64,000 bases of DNA from assembly GCA_964630305.1 (NCBI GenBank), contig CAZVTR010000001.1, positions 62,901 to 126,900 of the forward strand. The letters run 5' to 3'. The notes under the pieces are model-generated. The model worked only from the letters and a program-made list of their open reading frames with translations, had not been told where the DNA came from and did not search any database. Origin of the DNA: an uncultured Treponemataceae bacterium. Its GTDB lineage: Bacteria > Spirochaetota > Spirochaetia > Treponematales > UBA12059. The translations under genes were made by a program, and so were the position numbers. Of this stretch, positions 63,112-64,000 are shown one piece after another (the first letter of the stretch is position 1; each line of letters begins with the position of its first letter).

Positions 63112-64000
63112 TTACAGTATACCAAATGAAAACAGCACAGTTTCTAAAATAATACCTGGGCTTATATTAAATAATTCAAGTTTCTTAATGTTTTCTCTGC
63201 ATAAGGTTATCAGTTTTTGCAGTTTGCTATATAAAGCATTGTCATAATAAGAAGCAATGTTTACTGCATATTTAAGAATATATTCCAAAAAAAGACGTAA
63301 CGATGCTTGATCGTTTATGTGATCTTTTAGTCCAGCAGCATCAAAGTTTTTTTCATTGGTCATTATAGTTTTTACAAGCTGTTCTGCGTAGATTTCTATG
63401 TTCTCATCATATTCGATAGAATAGGCATGAAAGAATTGATCTATTGGCTGAGTGTGATTTTCGAGTCTAAATATTTTTTGATAAATTAATGATAACTGCT
63501 GAGCATTCCGCGAAATAAAGGTATAGGTTCTCAATCGTGACCGTACAGTTGGAAGCAGAGCTTTAATATTGCTTGTTGTTAATATAAATGAAACAGTCTT
63601 AGGCGGTTCCTCCAAAATTTTAAGGAGTGCATTCATTGCAGGTTCTTGCATATGGTCAGCATGTTCAATAATTATAGTCCGATGTTTGCCCCATGGTGAT
63701 TCATGAGCAATTGCTTCTACAGCACGAATGAGGAAAATTGGAATATCTTTGGGAATTGCTTGCACAAGTTTTGTAAATGTAGGAATCAGTTTTTTCCCTT
63801 CTTTTAGTATTGTTTCTTTTGCTACAGACTCGTCAAGAATGCTTTCGGAAAATTCAAACAGAGGATTTGCAAGTTGGTAAATACTTTGTAATTTGCCTGT
63901 TTCATTCATATAGAGATCTGGTTCGAATCGCTTGAGAATTTTTCGTATAGAGCGGCACAGAAAATACCGTGATGCGAGTCCAGGCTGTCTGTCAAAGAGA
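63112..64000 (-). CDS. holB: DNA polymerase III delta' subunit (HolB), 5'-truncated by the window edge
   Basis: LKILEEPPKTVSFILTTSNIKALLPTVRSRLRTYTF (delta' SRC-type motif region). The track ORF starts at Met 63909. The frame stays open upstream to base 64000 (..LFDRQPGLASRYFLCRSIRKILKRFEPDLYMNETG), and the AAA+ N-terminus is missing, so the gene continues beyond the window. Confidence 0.8.
   Translation of the reverse strand, partial: LFDRQPGLASRYFLCRSIRKILKRFEPDLYMNETGKLQSIYQLANPLFEFSESILDESVAKETILKEGKKLIPTFTKLVQAIPKDIPIFLIRAVEAIAHESPWGKHRTIIIEHADHMQEPAMNALLKILEEPPKTVSFILTTSNIKALLPTVRSRLRTYTFISRNAQQLSLIYQKIFRLENHTQPIDQFFHAYSIEYDENIEIYAEQLVKTIMTNEKNFDAAGLKDHINDQASLRLFLEYILKYAVNIASYYDNALYSKLQKLITLCRENIKKLELFNISPGIILETVLFSFGIL

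Noticed and set aside
1-64000. Search for CRISPR arrays, tRNA/rRNA genes, IS elements, toxin-antitoxin or known defence-system signatures
   Set aside because: No spaced direct-repeat array, no tRNA-like T-arm or anticodon structures in the few intergenic gaps, no transposase or integrase beyond Xer, and no nuclease/helicase/methylase clusters were seen. The window is conserved core genome.

Overview
The window is almost fully coding, with about 65 protein genes. I found no rRNA, tRNA, CRISPR array, transposase or phage genes. It reads as conserved chromosomal core of a low-GC, spirochaete-like bacterium, not an accessory island.

Left part (1-14.6 kb):
- a partial unknown gene plus birA on the minus strand
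- a ParE/ParC-type type IIA topoisomerase pair
- an EamA/DMT transporter with a His-rich tail
- glmS
- a TPR-GAF-GGDEF diguanylate cyclase
- a secreted alpha/beta-hydrolase-fold protein lacking the Ser nucleophile
- a two-gene unknown operon (345-aa His/Asp-motif protein plus lipoprotein)

Middle part (14.6-60.5 kb), every gene on the + strand:
- ndk-gpsA
- a reduced dcw cluster: mraZ-rsmH-ftsL-murF-mraY-ftsW-ftsQ-ftsA-ftsZ
- an xerD-like recombinase, a TPR lipoprotein, dprA, topA, an xerC/codV-like recombinase, and hslVU
- a ~28-kb flagellar supercluster: flgB-flgC-fliE-fliF-fliG-fliH-fliI-fliJ-flbB-fliK-flgD-flgE-flbD-motA-motB-fliL-fliM-fliY-fliO-fliP-fliQ-fliR-flhB-flhA-flhF-flhG-orf-fliA-DUF342/FapA-orf-orf

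Right end (minus strand): an NtrC-type sigma54 activator, a PAS histidine kinase (Hpk2/Rrp2-like), and a 5'-truncated holB.

The spirochaete assignment (Treponema/Spirochaeta-like) rests on gene order, FlbB/FlbD, and FlgE carrying Lys165 and Cys178.

I do not see a defence system or mobile element. The best candidates for undescribed biology are:
- the four uncharacterised, translationally coupled genes flanking fliA; no FlgM is recognisable
- the unknown 345-aa plus lipoprotein operon
- lysine-rich tails on two topoisomerases
- RNA hairpins, a terminator and a promoter that punctuate the flagellar supercluster
- a phased G-tract (MraZ-box-like) array over the mraZ promoter
- candidate leaderless promoters

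All family calls come from motif recognition by eye. No database search was run.
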